Origin: Botryllus schlosseri
Lineage: Eukaryota
Direction of reading: 5' to 3'
NCBI GenBank assembly: GCA_051294905.1
Contig: CM119376.1
Span: 14,756,001 to 14,820,000 of the forward strand
DNA: 64,000 nucleotides
Shown: one piece after another, positions 25,243 to 38,224 of the stretch
How positions within the stretch are numbered: position 1 is the first letter of the stretch
Layout: each line of letters begins with the position of its first letter
Notes under the pieces: model-generated
What the model saw: only the letters and a program-made list of their open reading frames with translations
Database searches by the model: none
Told to the model about the DNA's origin: nothing
Made by a program: the position numbers and the translations under genes

Positions 25243-26476
25243 CAGGGGTCACCAACGTGGTGCCCGCGGGCACCAGGTAGCCCGCGACGAACAGATGAGT
25301 AGCCCGCGAGACTGTTTTAAAAACAGATCGAATAGCAGAATTTATCAATTTTCGTCATATTATCACCAGTGAGCTTTTAAGAATATAGATTGATTGATTT
25401 AGCTATTCTTGTTTAAATCACACTGACATGTAGCTCACAGATGACAATACATAAATAACACTTAAAATGATGATATCAAATATCCTCAATTACAATTAGT
25501 AATATACCAACATGTAATAGAATCACAAGATATCGAAGACGTAGGATACGACGCACTGCCCAGTGCCCATACAGGCGACATGACGGAATGCCATCCACGG
25601 TCTTCTTGAAATGGCGGGGGGTTCAGTTATGGTAGCTCGACGTTCAGGACAATGCCAAAGTAGTAAAAAGCATTAATATTCGGTAGCAGATAGCGGTGAA
25701 GTAACTAGCAGATTCTCAATATGTGTATGCCCACTACGTATTGCATCTTTTGACACAGCTTGTTTCTTTTACACTCAACGCAGTTTAGTACCATATTTCA
25801 AACTTTCCGAAATCGATGTTGCTGACAGGTATAAAATAGAAATTGTAACACTGCAAAATGACCTCCACCTCAAAGCCCACAAGACTGCAGCAAACTTTTG
25901 GTGCCTTGTTGACATGGAAAAGTACAGTGGTGTATGCGCAGCAGCTATGAAGGTTGCAAGCATGTTTAGTTCAACTTATCGTTGCGAATCAGCCTTTGCG
26001 GACATGAACTTAATCAAAAACAAACTCAGAACAGAACTCACTAATGCACATCTGCAACACTCACCCAGAGTTGAAGTGTCAAGTTACATACCACAGTACA
26101 GCGCACTAGTTGATTGCATACAATGCCAGGCCTGCCACTGACTGATATAGAAACAGATAACATGATGTCCAGTCTAAAGTGTGACATGATTTATTTTAAA
26201 ATTTTAGCTGACTGTTGTTATATAATTTATATGAACATGGTGCGAAGTAATTCGTGATTTTTTAAAAGATATTAATGCCTAGCTAGTTGAAATGAGATGT
26301 TTTGATTTAGAAGACTCTCGTAGAAGTCCTACCGAAATGTGATTCCTGCCCAGTGTTATGAATATCAAAGCGGAAATTTAATCTGGTACGGGTAAACGGC
26401 GGGAGTAAATGGTAGCCCGTCACTGAAATCAGTACTCAAAAGTAGCCCTTGGTTGCAAAAAGGTTGGTGACCCCTG
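25243..26476 (+). mobile_element. hAT Charlie/Buster deletion derivative with transposase C-terminal remnant
   Basis: CAGGGGTCACCAAC / GTTGGTGACCCCTG perfect TIR; TSD ACCTATAG; remnant EIVTLQND..FWCLVDMEKY..SMFSSTYRCESAFADMNLIK at ~25840-26140. Confidence 0.92.
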
Positions 26477-27208
26477 ACCTATAGTCATTACGTAGCATTG
26501 TTTTGTGTAGCTCATTGAACAATGTGTGTCTTAGGTGGGTTAAAATAATAGAACCACCAATTATACCGATTATACCAAACAATGATCCTGATAGTCTGCG
26601 GTCGCGCTCAGCGAACCATATACATACATAATAAAACAAGCTAATGGCATCGCTGTAAGGTGGCAAGGGGCCTGTTGAGAGGCCTTTAATATCACTTTTA
26701 TATCCAGCTTTCCGTTTGTGAATATTTAGTGACTATCTGCTGTGAACTTGACCCGCAATCACACAACATCACAAGCGAAATAAACTATATGTAATCATCG
26801 AATGATCCTTATTCCAACCAAGGGCGTAGCCAGAAAAGATATTTGGGGGGGGGCGAAAAATTCGATGACGTAAATGAGCCCCTCCTCTTACAGATAAGGA
26901 AAAAATCGGTTAAAAACGATGGTCCTGGGCCCTTATTGGATGAATAACACAACATATGGGGCACATATTCCACACATACATAAAGTGATGTGATAATACA
27001 ATGATTGTTGAAAACATGAGCGTCAACACTTTCGCGCGAAGCGCGAAAATTTTTCATGGTTAATGAATGAAATTGGTTCATTATATTGTTACTTGCACAT
27101 TGCAAATACGTTTACCGGTAGAGCTGATAGAAGTGGTGTCATTGAACATTCAAGGGGCACACTTGAACTATGTTCATTGTTCATACCATACGGCAAGACT
27201 ATTTAGAG

Positions 27209-27994
27209 CAGTGGTTCTCAACCGGGAGTCCGCAAATCATTTTCAAGGGGTCCGCGAAACCTTCAAATTTGCAAAATGGTTCATAACCTAATTTTTAGTT
27301 TGTTTTAAATTAGAGAAATCACGAAGCACTTTCGCTTCATAACTGCTAAAACTTCAGGACTCACATAAACATAGAATGGTCGTCTTAGATGACATATTCC
27401 ACTGTGCAAGTCATTTTAATTGCCTAATTGCCACTAGCTCACCCATACTAACATATTGCTGTTCAGGGATGTTTTGTTGGGTTTTTTTGAAAAAATTGTT
27501 TGCAGAGATCCATTTTCTCCTATGATATACAACGACGACTATTCCAGAATAACTTCACGATGAGCTGTTAAATAGAAATGACTTGGATAGAGGTTATATT
27601 GGTCCATGTATGTTGCCATCATAGCCGCAAAGGTGTCGTCGGAAGCGTTACATTAGCCACCACCTATGTTTGTGGAAATGGATTTTCAGCACTCGTTCAT
27701 ATCAAATCGACGACGTGGATTTTCAAGACATGGCCCTGTATTTCAAGAAATGCAGCTACAGAATTCGCTTTGAAATAATAAAAAGTCATCCAAATTTCTA
27801 CATAAATAGTATGATGTTATTTTCAAGAAATGTCATTTTACTGTTTTTATCACTAGCCTACAGTTAATAATGGCACAGGGCAGATGAAGGTTGCATGACA
27901 ATAGAAGCAAATTTGAAATAAGAATCGGGGGTCCGCGGGATTACGTGAAGGTCCAAAGGGGATCCGCGAAGACAAAAAATGTTGAGAACCACTG
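27209..27994 (+). mobile_element. hAT Charlie/Buster deletion derivative nested in family E
   Basis: CAGTGGTTCTCAAC / GTTGAGAACCACTG; TSD ATTTAGAG; remnant ATTYVCGNGFSALVHIK. Confidence 0.9.
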
Positions 27995-28430
27995 ATTTAG
28001 AGTTTCTATAGGGTTGGCGCCGGATGGGAAAGTTGTCATTTATTGTTGTTACTTCAGGACTTAAGGAGAAAGCTGTCACCACTCAAGAGATCACTCATAT
28101 TTAAGGTCGTAGCCAGAATTACATTTTTTTATTGGTGGGGGTGGGGGGGATTTTTTATGAGTTTAGGGGAGCTCCCCTGTGGGAAGACATCGCAGAACCG
28201 TACATCCTGCCATCGGCAATTTCGTCACTATCCTTTATCCATACCCACATACACACATACCCTATGGAAGCTTCCAGTTGCCAACTATAGCTTTGTAGGC
28301 GATCGTGTCATGGACGAGCCCAAATCGCTGACATTGAGTGATGAACAATCAGTGTGAATTTCGGACCTAGTCGCGCGGAGCGTAGAATGTTTTTGAATAA
28401 ATGAAATAATTTGATGAATAATATTGGTGC

Positions 28431-28760
28431 CAGTAGTGGCTTTTGGGGTGGGCGAGGTGGGCGGTCGCCCGGGCCCCCTGTTTGGTTTTAGCGCTTTTTT
28501 TTCAAGGTTTGTAGCGAATAGACGTGGAAATCCTTGTACCAATCAAGAAGATGATTGCGTTCAGATGAGTCAATCATCAAATCTCCGCATTTGTTATAAA
28601 AGTCCCATATCACGACAATCATAAAGTCTCTGCATGCCCGTTAAGTTGGCAGGCGAAAGGGGGTCTGGCGGGCGAAGCCCCCCATAAGCTGTGATTACAA
28701 ACCTATAGGGGGCCCCCCGAAAGTCTCGCCCAGGGCCCCCAAATCGTAGGGCCGCCACTG
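28431..28760. mobile_element. 330-bp GC-rich hAT MITE nested in family E
   Basis: CAGTAGTGGC / GCCGCCACTG; perfect TSD ATTGGTGC. Confidence 0.85.
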
Positions 28761-30363
28761 ATTGGTGCGTGTATATGAGCAAATGGATTCCATTCTTATT
28801 AATTACTTCGTTGAAGCACGGTTATTTAGCAACCTCTGGTAAAGATTGACGCTATACTTTAAAGATTGGAATTGCTGATACATATCAGACCAAATTAAAA
28901 AAACTCCTTTGATCAGACTCGTGCGATTCCAAATTAGCACTTTTAAACGGGAGGTGTGTTCCAGTCGCATTTATGTCGGAGGGGTCTTACTGACCTGACA
29001 CCCCTAGAAGCAATCAACTCAACGACCTCGGACTATACTCTCGTGTATGTACTGGTACTGTTGTATTCTCATGAGAATGCTGCTAAATTCAATTGTGCGC
29101 ATTTGCGGAAGAATTTTTTTCGGGTTACCGATAATAAAATCTAAAATCCAGACGTGTACGGACACTAAACCGCGCGAAGCGCAAAGAAATATTTTAGGTT
29201 GCATTCATCTGCCCCAAAATACTGTCATATTTATTGATTTTACGAAAAGTTGCCAAAAATTTGGGGGGAGCGATCGCCCCTTTCGCCCCTCTCTGGCTAC
29301 GCCAGTGATTCAAACCAATCAAGAAGATTGATATCGATTTCTGATGTAAAAAATCTAGCAGGCGTCAAACTTGACTTCACATGTTTACTGTATCATTAAA
29401 ACCAAACAGTGCGATTGAGGGGTTGGCTACTGCTGTATAACTTGTTAATGGGGTAATATGGGTAGCAAGTATAGAGACCTGTTTTACACTTTGCTCGGGT
29501 CTGGCCTATACCGTTAAGAAGTAAGCTGATATCTCCCCAAAGTCCTCGTCGAAATTCTTGGCAAAGTGACGGAAGATATTGATTGTATGGGATTATTATA
29601 TCATTTGATTGCCCCATTTGATACATTAGTTGACGGTTTAAAAGTCAGTATTTAGCCTACTCCTGCATTGTGGCATAATGTGGTCCGAGTTGTCGCGAAG
29701 TATTGTTTACATTAATATATCAACTCACTGAAATGCATGGTGGGAATTAGCATTATGATGTCACGAGGTTCACGTTCGCGTTCACACAGAACCTTTCAAT
29801 AAGGTTCGCGTTCACACGAACCTGAACCTTTCAGAGGTTCACACCATCCCTAAAAAATATAATGGACGGCAGTTGTTGTTTGTTTTTATCCCGAGGTCAC
29901 GAAATAACAGCATTCTTCAACAAAGTAAGTAATTAAAAGTGGCCCACCTGACGCTTACCCTCCAGAAACATGAATAGTCTTATCGTGTAGTATGAACGTA
30001 TAGCTCAAGAATACTAATTGCGTGCCTGCTATATCTTTGAAGACACCGCTTTTATCAGCTCTACCGGTAAATCTTGTAATGATAACGTATAAGCAGGACC
30101 GTAACAGAGTCGCACCTCAAACCCCCCAATCATTAACGTGCACTAAATTTCCGAAGACACCACCTCCCTTAGCTCTACCGGTAAATCGGATCACGTGGAA
30201 AATTATGTGATATGCAATTACTAATATTATTGACAAAATTCCGGCATGAATTATGAAATTTATTCGCACTTCGCTCTACTATGTAAGACATAGGCCTACA
30301 TGGTGTACATACATGACAAACGAAGTCGGACTTTCGAGTAGCTGTGTCATGCGAGGTCTAGAG

Positions 30364-31730
30364 CAGTGGTTCTCAACCGCCGGTCCGCGACGACATTCCT
30401 GCCGGTCCGCCAGGTATATTACAATTTTATACCTTAATTTCAAGATGCAATGTTGAAGGCCTGTCCATTGATAAACTATATTAAATATCAAATTGTAAAC
30501 TGATTCAGAACTTAATGAGGTAACATTAGGGCTGGAAACATGTTCGATTTGACTTGAAGTTCAAGACGTGTCATTTGGCAACATGCGAGCCGATAAGTAC
30601 AGAACAGATACGAGCTGACTCATTGCTAAACAGCACAGTTTGCGCGATCATTCGTTTTCAATCCTTTCGTTTTGTGCAGAAACGTAACTGGGGCACCCAA
30701 ACCGCCCACTTGGAGAGGGGCCGAGCTTGAAAGGGGCCCACAATTATTTTGCAAATTAACATAAATCATAACGCATTTTTCCGAAACTTTTACCAACATT
30801 TTTCAATTTATTTTCGCGCTTTGCACGATTTAGTGTCACGAAATGTCTTACTTATTAAGAGCCCTTCTCCAAAAAATACGCATGATGTATAGAAATAGGC
30901 ATGTCCGCATCAGCCACTACCGCGCCACGACGTCCCAACACATAATGAAGTGTAGGCTAACATGGAAATCAGAATGGTGTGCCAAAAATTCGGCAGCGAG
31001 AAAACCGGATTGAGTCATGAATGATCGAAAATTTTTGCCCTTGGCGCGATTAAGCAACATAAGCTCTCCGCCTAAACTGAGTAGAAGGAATGTGCCCAAA
31101 AATACAGGTGAAAACATCCAACCAACTGTGGGGTCTGGGGGCGAATAACCCGGGAGTTTGACTTATCGCTCTGTGGGAGCCCAAGACCAAGCTTTTTTTC
31201 GGGTAGGCTGACGAGGTGCTTTTTGGCCCGGATTTGCGGATGACTGGTATAGCTGCTGTAAGATCTTCTCGTGTGGCGCATTGTATTCGTAGTTGCCAGA
31301 GTAGCATGCGTCTGGTGGTAGTGGGCAATAAGCAAGGTGGCACGAAAAGGTGCTTGGTTCGACTCTGAAACGCATCTTATCTCGATATTGTCAAAGAGAA
31401 GAATATTATTCGAGTTGGCGTGGCCGGTTAAGCCCACGGCCTCCGGCGAAAGACTGTAAACGATTCTCGGCGGTGGCACGTTTATCTGGACAAGGCAATT
31501 TTACCTTCACTCAGCAGACTCACTACCATCAAAACACATAGATGCCATCATAAAGATAATTAATTGCGATCATAACCCTCTAAATGCCACTCTATGGCAC
31601 CATATAATTGCAAAATACGGTTGCACACTTTACATTTTGGCTTCCTTTCAATTTTTGAATGTCCACTGGTCCGCCAGACATTTTTTGAAATTTTACCGGT
31701 CCGCGAGGTGAAAAAGGTTGAAAACCACTT
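30364..31730. mobile_element. hAT Charlie/Buster-type non-autonomous element carrying an internal repeat shared with 49702-50369
   Basis: CAGTGGTTCTCAACC / GGTTGAAAACCACTT; perfect TSD GTCTAGAG; ~30680-31000 resembles ~49720-50040. Confidence 0.88.
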
Positions 31731-32810
31731 GTCTAGAGGACGAAGTCTCCCCCTGGAGTTCGGTTGGTCGCCCTATGGGGTGTCCAAGAACAGTGCAAGA
31801 AATAGTATTATTGACCAAATTCAACAACTAGCTTTATAAAACTTTTGCGCTTCGCGGATGTTAAGGCGCTGTTACCCTCGCATTATGTCTGTGGATGACG
31901 GATCACTATAACAGTTGTGTTAACCCAATAAGGCCCAATTTTTACTAGTTCTTTTAACTCTTCAAATTTTTGGCCCTCCCCAAATATTTTTTCTGGCGAC
32001 GCCCTTGCATGTGAGGTTTGATGTTTGTTGCGAAAGCCAAATTGGTTAGGGGAAATTTTAGACATCTTGACATCTTGCTCCTGAGCTGCGGCAATGTTAT
32101 TCCATATTGCATTGCTGCATCCCAATGCCAAACAACGTCACAATGTAAAATTGGATGATAATTGACGGGAGTTCAAGGATCACGAACAGAATGATATTTA
32201 TATCTTGGTAATCAGTACCGCAGCAGCTTTCTATCGATTCACGTTTTATTAAATTTTGCGACAGCCTGTCCAGTATACTGGACCGCAACTGTTTAACACA
32301 GAGGAGTCGTTATTTAATTCAAGATAGCTACCTGTATCGGTCATAAACTATTGCAATCTGTTTGTATGGATAGCTCTTATAAACATTCATAGATCAGACC
32401 ATGTATATAACCTATTGTTGCAATGTATATCTTGCTTGAAATGCAGATTGAACACGCAAAAACGTTTCGCGCAAATTGAATTTGTAATGATGTTCGCGTG
32501 AATGAACGCCTGAAATATAAACCATTGTATCTTCCGTTCTAGACGTCATATAACCAATTACAGTTATCTTCTATGACTTGTTGTTGGTCCTACTATTCTA
32601 TGAAAGTACTTATATCAAGATTAGCCAGTAGAAGATGTTTCAAATTGATGTGAAAGAAAGCAATACCCTGTTACGTGAAAATCATGGCTGCGTAAGATCA
32701 CCTGATTCGTTGCGGTTTCAAACAGATGTACAATTGCTTCAGGCAATTTCAAATTGTACATAAGGTTAGCCATTATCCTGGCATATTCATCAATATCTAT
32801 ATCATGGAGC

Positions 32811-33567
32811 CAGTGTTGGGATGACACGAGTCATGACTTGACTGGAGTCTGACTTGAGTCACCTTTTTCGCATGGCTTGACTTAACTCGAGTCACTTTGT
32901 TGAAATGACTTGACTTGACTTGACTCGGCATATCAGAAATGTGGATTGACTCGTGACTCGAAGAAATATTCACGAGTCAATTTTAAGTCATCAAGTAATC
33001 AGTGTCGATAAAAATCACTGAATCTTGCATATGTATAATGTATATGTTCCGATTGTTATTGTTTGCGAAACGCTGGTGTAACCCGTGAAAGCATTCAATG
33101 ATTATGACTTTTACTAAGCTTCCATTGTTCTCTCACGAATAAATGACCGCAAACGAAGTGATCGAAGTTTCCCCGGATTAAGTTGTCGTAAACTAGTATA
33201 GTAAAGTAATTTGATTAGCAAAATCTCTATTTCTGTTCTCACCTTGACCAAACGTGTACGTGAGCGTGTACCTGAACGTGTGCGTGAGCGATACAGCGCC
33301 TTCTTGCGTGTATATATTTAACTCTATATTCGTTCATCGGTTCAAAATTAATGGCCCCTCAATCTGTGCTTTAGACAGCTAGCAAAGTGCAATGACGTAA
33401 TCATGCCTCATACTTCGAAAAGGCAACTTGACTTGACTTGACTTGACTTGACTCGACTTGACTCGAGTCACCTCCAAAAATCGAGTGACTTGACTTGACT
33501 CGAGTCAAAATGTGCAATGACTCGAAATGACTCGTGACTCGAAGGTAGTGACTTGATCCCAACACTG
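32811..33567. mobile_element. hAT MITE family F with GACTC/GACTT pentamer arrays
   Basis: TIR CAGTGTTGGGAT / ATCCCAACACTG; perfect TSD CATGGAGC. Confidence 0.92.
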
Positions 33568-33772
33568 CATGGAGCTTAGTTTTGTATAAGCATGCCGACA
33601 ACAGCCCTAACACTGCACAAATAAGCGTCCGAGTTAGGCTATTTTGGCACCCGAGCCTGTAATAACAACATCATATAGAGGCAGTTATATATCTGTTTTA
33701 GATCGCACACGAAGTTACTGTTGGCTTCTATGAATACTGTTGATCATACATGGAACATTAGCCGTGTAGAAT

Positions 33773-34362
33773 CAGGGTTGTAATGACTCGAGTCATGACT
33801 CGACTCGAGTCAGACTCGAGTCACGATTTTATGATGACTCGACTTGACTCGAGTCATTTTCTCAAAATACGGAAATGACTCGACTCGAGTCAACTTGTGT
33901 ATTGACTCGACTTGGACTCGAGTCATTGCGCATGACTCGAACCAAGTCATATGACTCGAGACTCAGACGGCCAACACCGACATTTCATTTTAATTTCGAA
34001 GAACAGTAAAGTAACCACCCAATTGGGATTTCGTCTATTGGTACTGGTACTTGAAAATGCGACCAGAAAATGCCAAAAGTGAGGATAAGTAGCATATTAT
34101 TAATGCGAACCATTCGATATCACCAAATAGAGTTATAAAAGTGGGTTTAACAAGACTTTAACTGGAATCTGAGCAGTCAACACAATGACTTGGACTCGGA
34201 CTCGAGTCATAATACCATGACTCGGACTCGAACCCCTGCTCGATGACTTGGAGTCGGACTTGACTCGGTGGTGAATTGAAAATGACTCGACTTGACTCCA
34301 GTCAAAACTATAAAAGTGGGATTGACTTGTGACTCGGAGCTTTGTGACTTGGTTACAACCTG
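33773..34362. mobile_element. hAT MITE with GACTCGAGTC arrays (related to family F, different TIR)
   Basis: CAGGGTTGTAA / TTACAACCTG; perfect TSD TGTAGAAT. Confidence 0.9.
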
Positions 34363-35518
34363 TGTAGAATATAGTTCAAATTGATGTGAAATAAAGCAAT
34401 AATGTATCACGAGAAACGACTTCTCGAGCGTATATGGGCAGTTGAGCACTGGGCAGTGGGCAGTGTTGAATAAGGCAATGTGTGTATACTTACGGATCGC
34501 TTAAGCAGTTGCAAGTTACACATAACAATCAACTGGGGTTAATAACACTTCAATAGCAAGGAGATGTATACGTTAGGCAAAATTGCCAAGACAGTTACTA
34601 TGTCGAACTGGACGCGACGCATTGCTTTCAGCGAGAATACGAGATTACGTAATCGTAACTCATCGGCGGCGGTCATATACCTTTTACCTACGTATGACGT
34701 CAGGAGATATCGAAGAACAAAATTGTGTCTGATTTTCAAGAAATCGAGAACATTTTATCGCATCACGCTATTCTCTCTGGCGTCTGAGCCGTGAGAGTAT
34801 CTCAGACCGCTAGGCGGCTACTTCATGTTTACGGCAATATATTGGGCGTCGATTTAAGCCACATGGATGACATTTTATCGTTTTTTTTTTGTGGATGCAG
34901 TAAAATTTTGGTCAGTAGGCCGGCCGATTACAAATGGTTAACATGTCAGCGTAGGCTAAATAGTGCTATTAATTGTCTTTATTCAAATGGAGGGCATGAC
35001 TTATCCCAATAGCAAGACGTGTGATTTTCTTCTGTCCACACCACTGTAAGACACTATGATTAAAACAACGATATCACAGTAACATTTTCCAACTGACTCA
35101 TCATCAGTTACTGTCGTATAGTAGGTAAAAGTATCAAAATTGTTATAGACGTCCTGATTAAATTCATACTAATATTTCGCATGCTGAGAGCACACATTGT
35201 TCACCAGTGTTTGGTTTTGTAAAATCAATCACCAATTTCAATGATTCGGGATGCGAAGATCTTGAAAACTCCCCGAGAAAAGTTTGAGACTGGAAAAAGG
35301 TTGCAAACCTTGGATGAACTAACAGCGCACAATAAAAAGTAGTATACCAAGGAGAAATTTCGGTGACGACAATCTTACGGAATCAATAAGTTTTTTGAAT
35401 GGAATCTTGTTTCATGAACTTCGTAGCTCACACTTGGTTGTCTGCAGAAGCGGGTAAGTATAGTCATAGTTTGTACTCGAGTAAAAGTGCAGAAAATGTA
35501 AAATCAATTACTGTACAA

Positions 35519-37133
35519 TAACTTTTTTTCCAAATTCCACTGGCTTGTGATAAAATTTTCAGGTTGTCTACAAAAAGGCCACACACCAAATTTGGGTCAA
35601 TTCCGATCAGTAAAGACCCGTGCAATCTTAAATTGAAATTTCGACCGGTTTTGAATTTATAGTGTTTACGGTGAAAAATTTCGACACTACGATATGACCA
35701 AATATCGTGTTCCAGGCATGCATGAAGGGAAAGTGATGCTTTTTTCACGGGTTTGCATCTTTATACAGGGCTTGTGATAGAGGTTGAGATAATGAAATTG
35801 CAATTAATGAAAAATTAATTTGACACTGATTTGTTGGAAATGAGTCAACGAAATTGAAGTAGTCTCGTTAAAACGATGGTGATATATATTACCAAATAGA
35901 ATATTTTCGAGGCTGAAATTGGGCACCATGAAGAGAAAATGAACTGACGCACAGGTAAAATATAACAAAATATATTTCCCAGGTTAATATCGATATCCGA
36001 AAGTATCTTTTGACGTGCCGATGTAGATTTGACGACGTTTTGGTTGTTTTCTTCGCAAAGCCGTTATGATATTTGCTTATTACGACTCCTCTATACCTCC
36101 ACAAGGCGAATTACGAATGCTGAGGCATTATTTTTGAATTTTAGCGGATCTGCATCCTCATAGGCCATTTATATGTACCATACAGAACTCGCACCAACCA
36201 ACAGTGGGATGCATGAGGTATGTCATGTTACCAGTTGGTTGATAATAATGATGGCATATCTTCCTCATATCAATAATTCTTCTGAACCGCACTTCATATC
36301 ATCCTCGAGATTTGGTGGTGAAAAAAGACCCGATGGAAGAACACACTCGCAAGGAATGGGAAGAGCTAAAACGAGTCACGGCATAAAGATCAACATTGAA
36401 AATGAACTGTGACATTGGGCACTAGGCCGAGGTGGGCGTCAGTTTAAGAGACCCCAACTGCGCGTCGTTCCGCATCCTCCTATGTGTTCATTACATCGCA
36501 TGGTGCATTATCGCGTTGTGTGTGCCTTGATCGGATGAAAATATAACTCCAGATTATTGATCATTGTCTTTCCATACAATTGTCCTCACGTGGCCTAGTA
36601 ATGCGACAATGCGCTTTATTGCGGAGTGCTGTTATCCACAAGCTCATTTGCTCTGATTACGTGAAATTCACACTGGTGCGACAAAAGATATCGTCTCTAG
36701 TCTGGGAAATATATTTTACTGTATTTTACCTGCTTGGCAATTCATTTTCAGTGCTGAAAGTATTCATATGCGATGTATATCACTATCGTTTTCATGGGAC
36801 TCTTTCAATGTAGTTTCAGCTTGTCAGTGTCATATTCATTTTTCATATATTAGCAATTTCATCATCCAAACTCGAGCACAGGAATTTATCAAGATGTAAA
36901 CGGGTGTATAAAGCATCACTTTTCCGTCAGGCATGCCTGGAACACGATATTTGGTCACATCGAAGTGTCGAAATTTTTCACCGTAAATACTATAAATTCA
37001 AAAACGGTCGAAATTTCAATTTAAGATTGCACGGTCTTTACTGGTCGGAAGTGACCCAAATTTGGTGTGTAGCGTTTTATTAGGCAACCTGACTATTTTA
37101 CAATTAAGCGAGTGAAATTTGGAAAAAAAGTTA
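35519..37133. repeat. Foldback-like long inverted repeat
   Basis: 35519-35762 is the diverged reverse complement of 36891-37133; inner arms ~35899-36030 and ~36658-36765 also pair; true ends and TSD not resolved. Confidence 0.8.
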
Positions 37134-37866
37134 ATTTTGAACAACCCTACTGTACAATTATAAGTAGTGACTTCTACGACATGCCAGAAATATTTCAAAT
37201 GAAAGTATCTATAGAGAAAATAAAGACTCAAACAGTTTCAAATACTAGATTCAGTCGATCGAATGAAGCTGCTTTCTTAGGTACATGGTGCATACTCATC
37301 ACTAACGCAGACAATCAATGCCACTAAAATCGGTGCTATTTTAGATATTAAATTAAGATACCGTGATAAAGAGGCCGTATTTCACTATGTTCTCTTGAAA
37401 ATTTCACCGATAAACGTGCTGGGAATCGGTCCCGAAATTACGTTTTGCTTCAAGTCGAATAAGGTTGTAGTTCTGCCTACTAACGTGTAAAGTAAAAGAG
37501 GAAGTAGTTAAAAAACACAATCAAGTGAGTAAGTATATGGCAAGTGTACGCAAAACATGCAAAACCTACGTGAGTACTCCATAAAAATTAGAGGTAGTTC
37601 GTTACTGGCCACCTCTGGCTGCCCTCACCTCTCTATTTCATACAAGCCCGCAAAACCGTAGCATAACAGCATTAGGAATGCATTTTATTTCGATGTGTAA
37701 GGTTTGGGTGGGTCGCGAAGTATTATTGAACCCTTGATTTTCTCGCTCTAAAAAGTTTGTGAACAACTGCTTGAGGGCTTTACTGTATAGTGCAGTCTGT
37801 ACACAGAGACGTCTTGCGCGGTAGCGATGCATTGAAAATGGAGAATGTCCTGATAAGTTGGTCAAA

Positions 37867-38224
37867 CAGTGGTTCTTACGCTTTTCCCTGCAGCGCCAGT
37901 TTACGGAAGTGTTAATGGTCTGGTTTGTAGTAAAAGCGATGGGGTAGTGGTGGAAAACGGATTGGTTTTTTCAGAATTGTAGTCGACTATTGGCATTTTG
38001 AGCTTGAACCCCACGTACCCGACGAACGCTCGACTAATTAACGATGTAATAATTGTATGTCATATATTCTGGATAAACATCAAGGGTGGTGATAAGGTGA
38101 AGTTGTATTTTATTGCTTTGGGCCACGAGTACATCTGAAAATGTGGTATTTGTTTTTTTGGATGCGTCAAAATCAAAATCGCTCTTAGAGACTGGAGCGC
38201 TGGCGCTTAGGTTAAGAACTACTG
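37867..38224. mobile_element. Possible Charlie-type MITE
   Basis: CAGTGGTTCTTA / TAAGAACTACTG ends; flanks do not match, so it may be two separate fragments. Confidence 0.4.

Larger units (their letters stand above)
26819..29307. mobile_element. Non-autonomous hAT family E (TIR CAAGGGCGTAGCCAG / CTGGCTACGCCAGTG, Tip100-like)
   Basis: TSD ATTCCAAC / ATTCAAAC (7 of 8); interrupts family A copy 3. Confidence 0.85.
26697..29852. mobile_element. Family A hAT copy 3, left end missing, split by a 2.5-kb insertion
   Basis: Intact right TIR GTTCACACCATCCCTA at 29852; sequence either side of 26819-29307 is colinear with family A. Confidence 0.85.

Noticed and set aside
32811-34362. Dense short repeats that superficially resemble a CRISPR array
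   Set aside because: Pentamer tandem arrays without unique constant-length spacers, bounded by TIRs and 8-bp TSDs; no cas genes; eukaryotic context.
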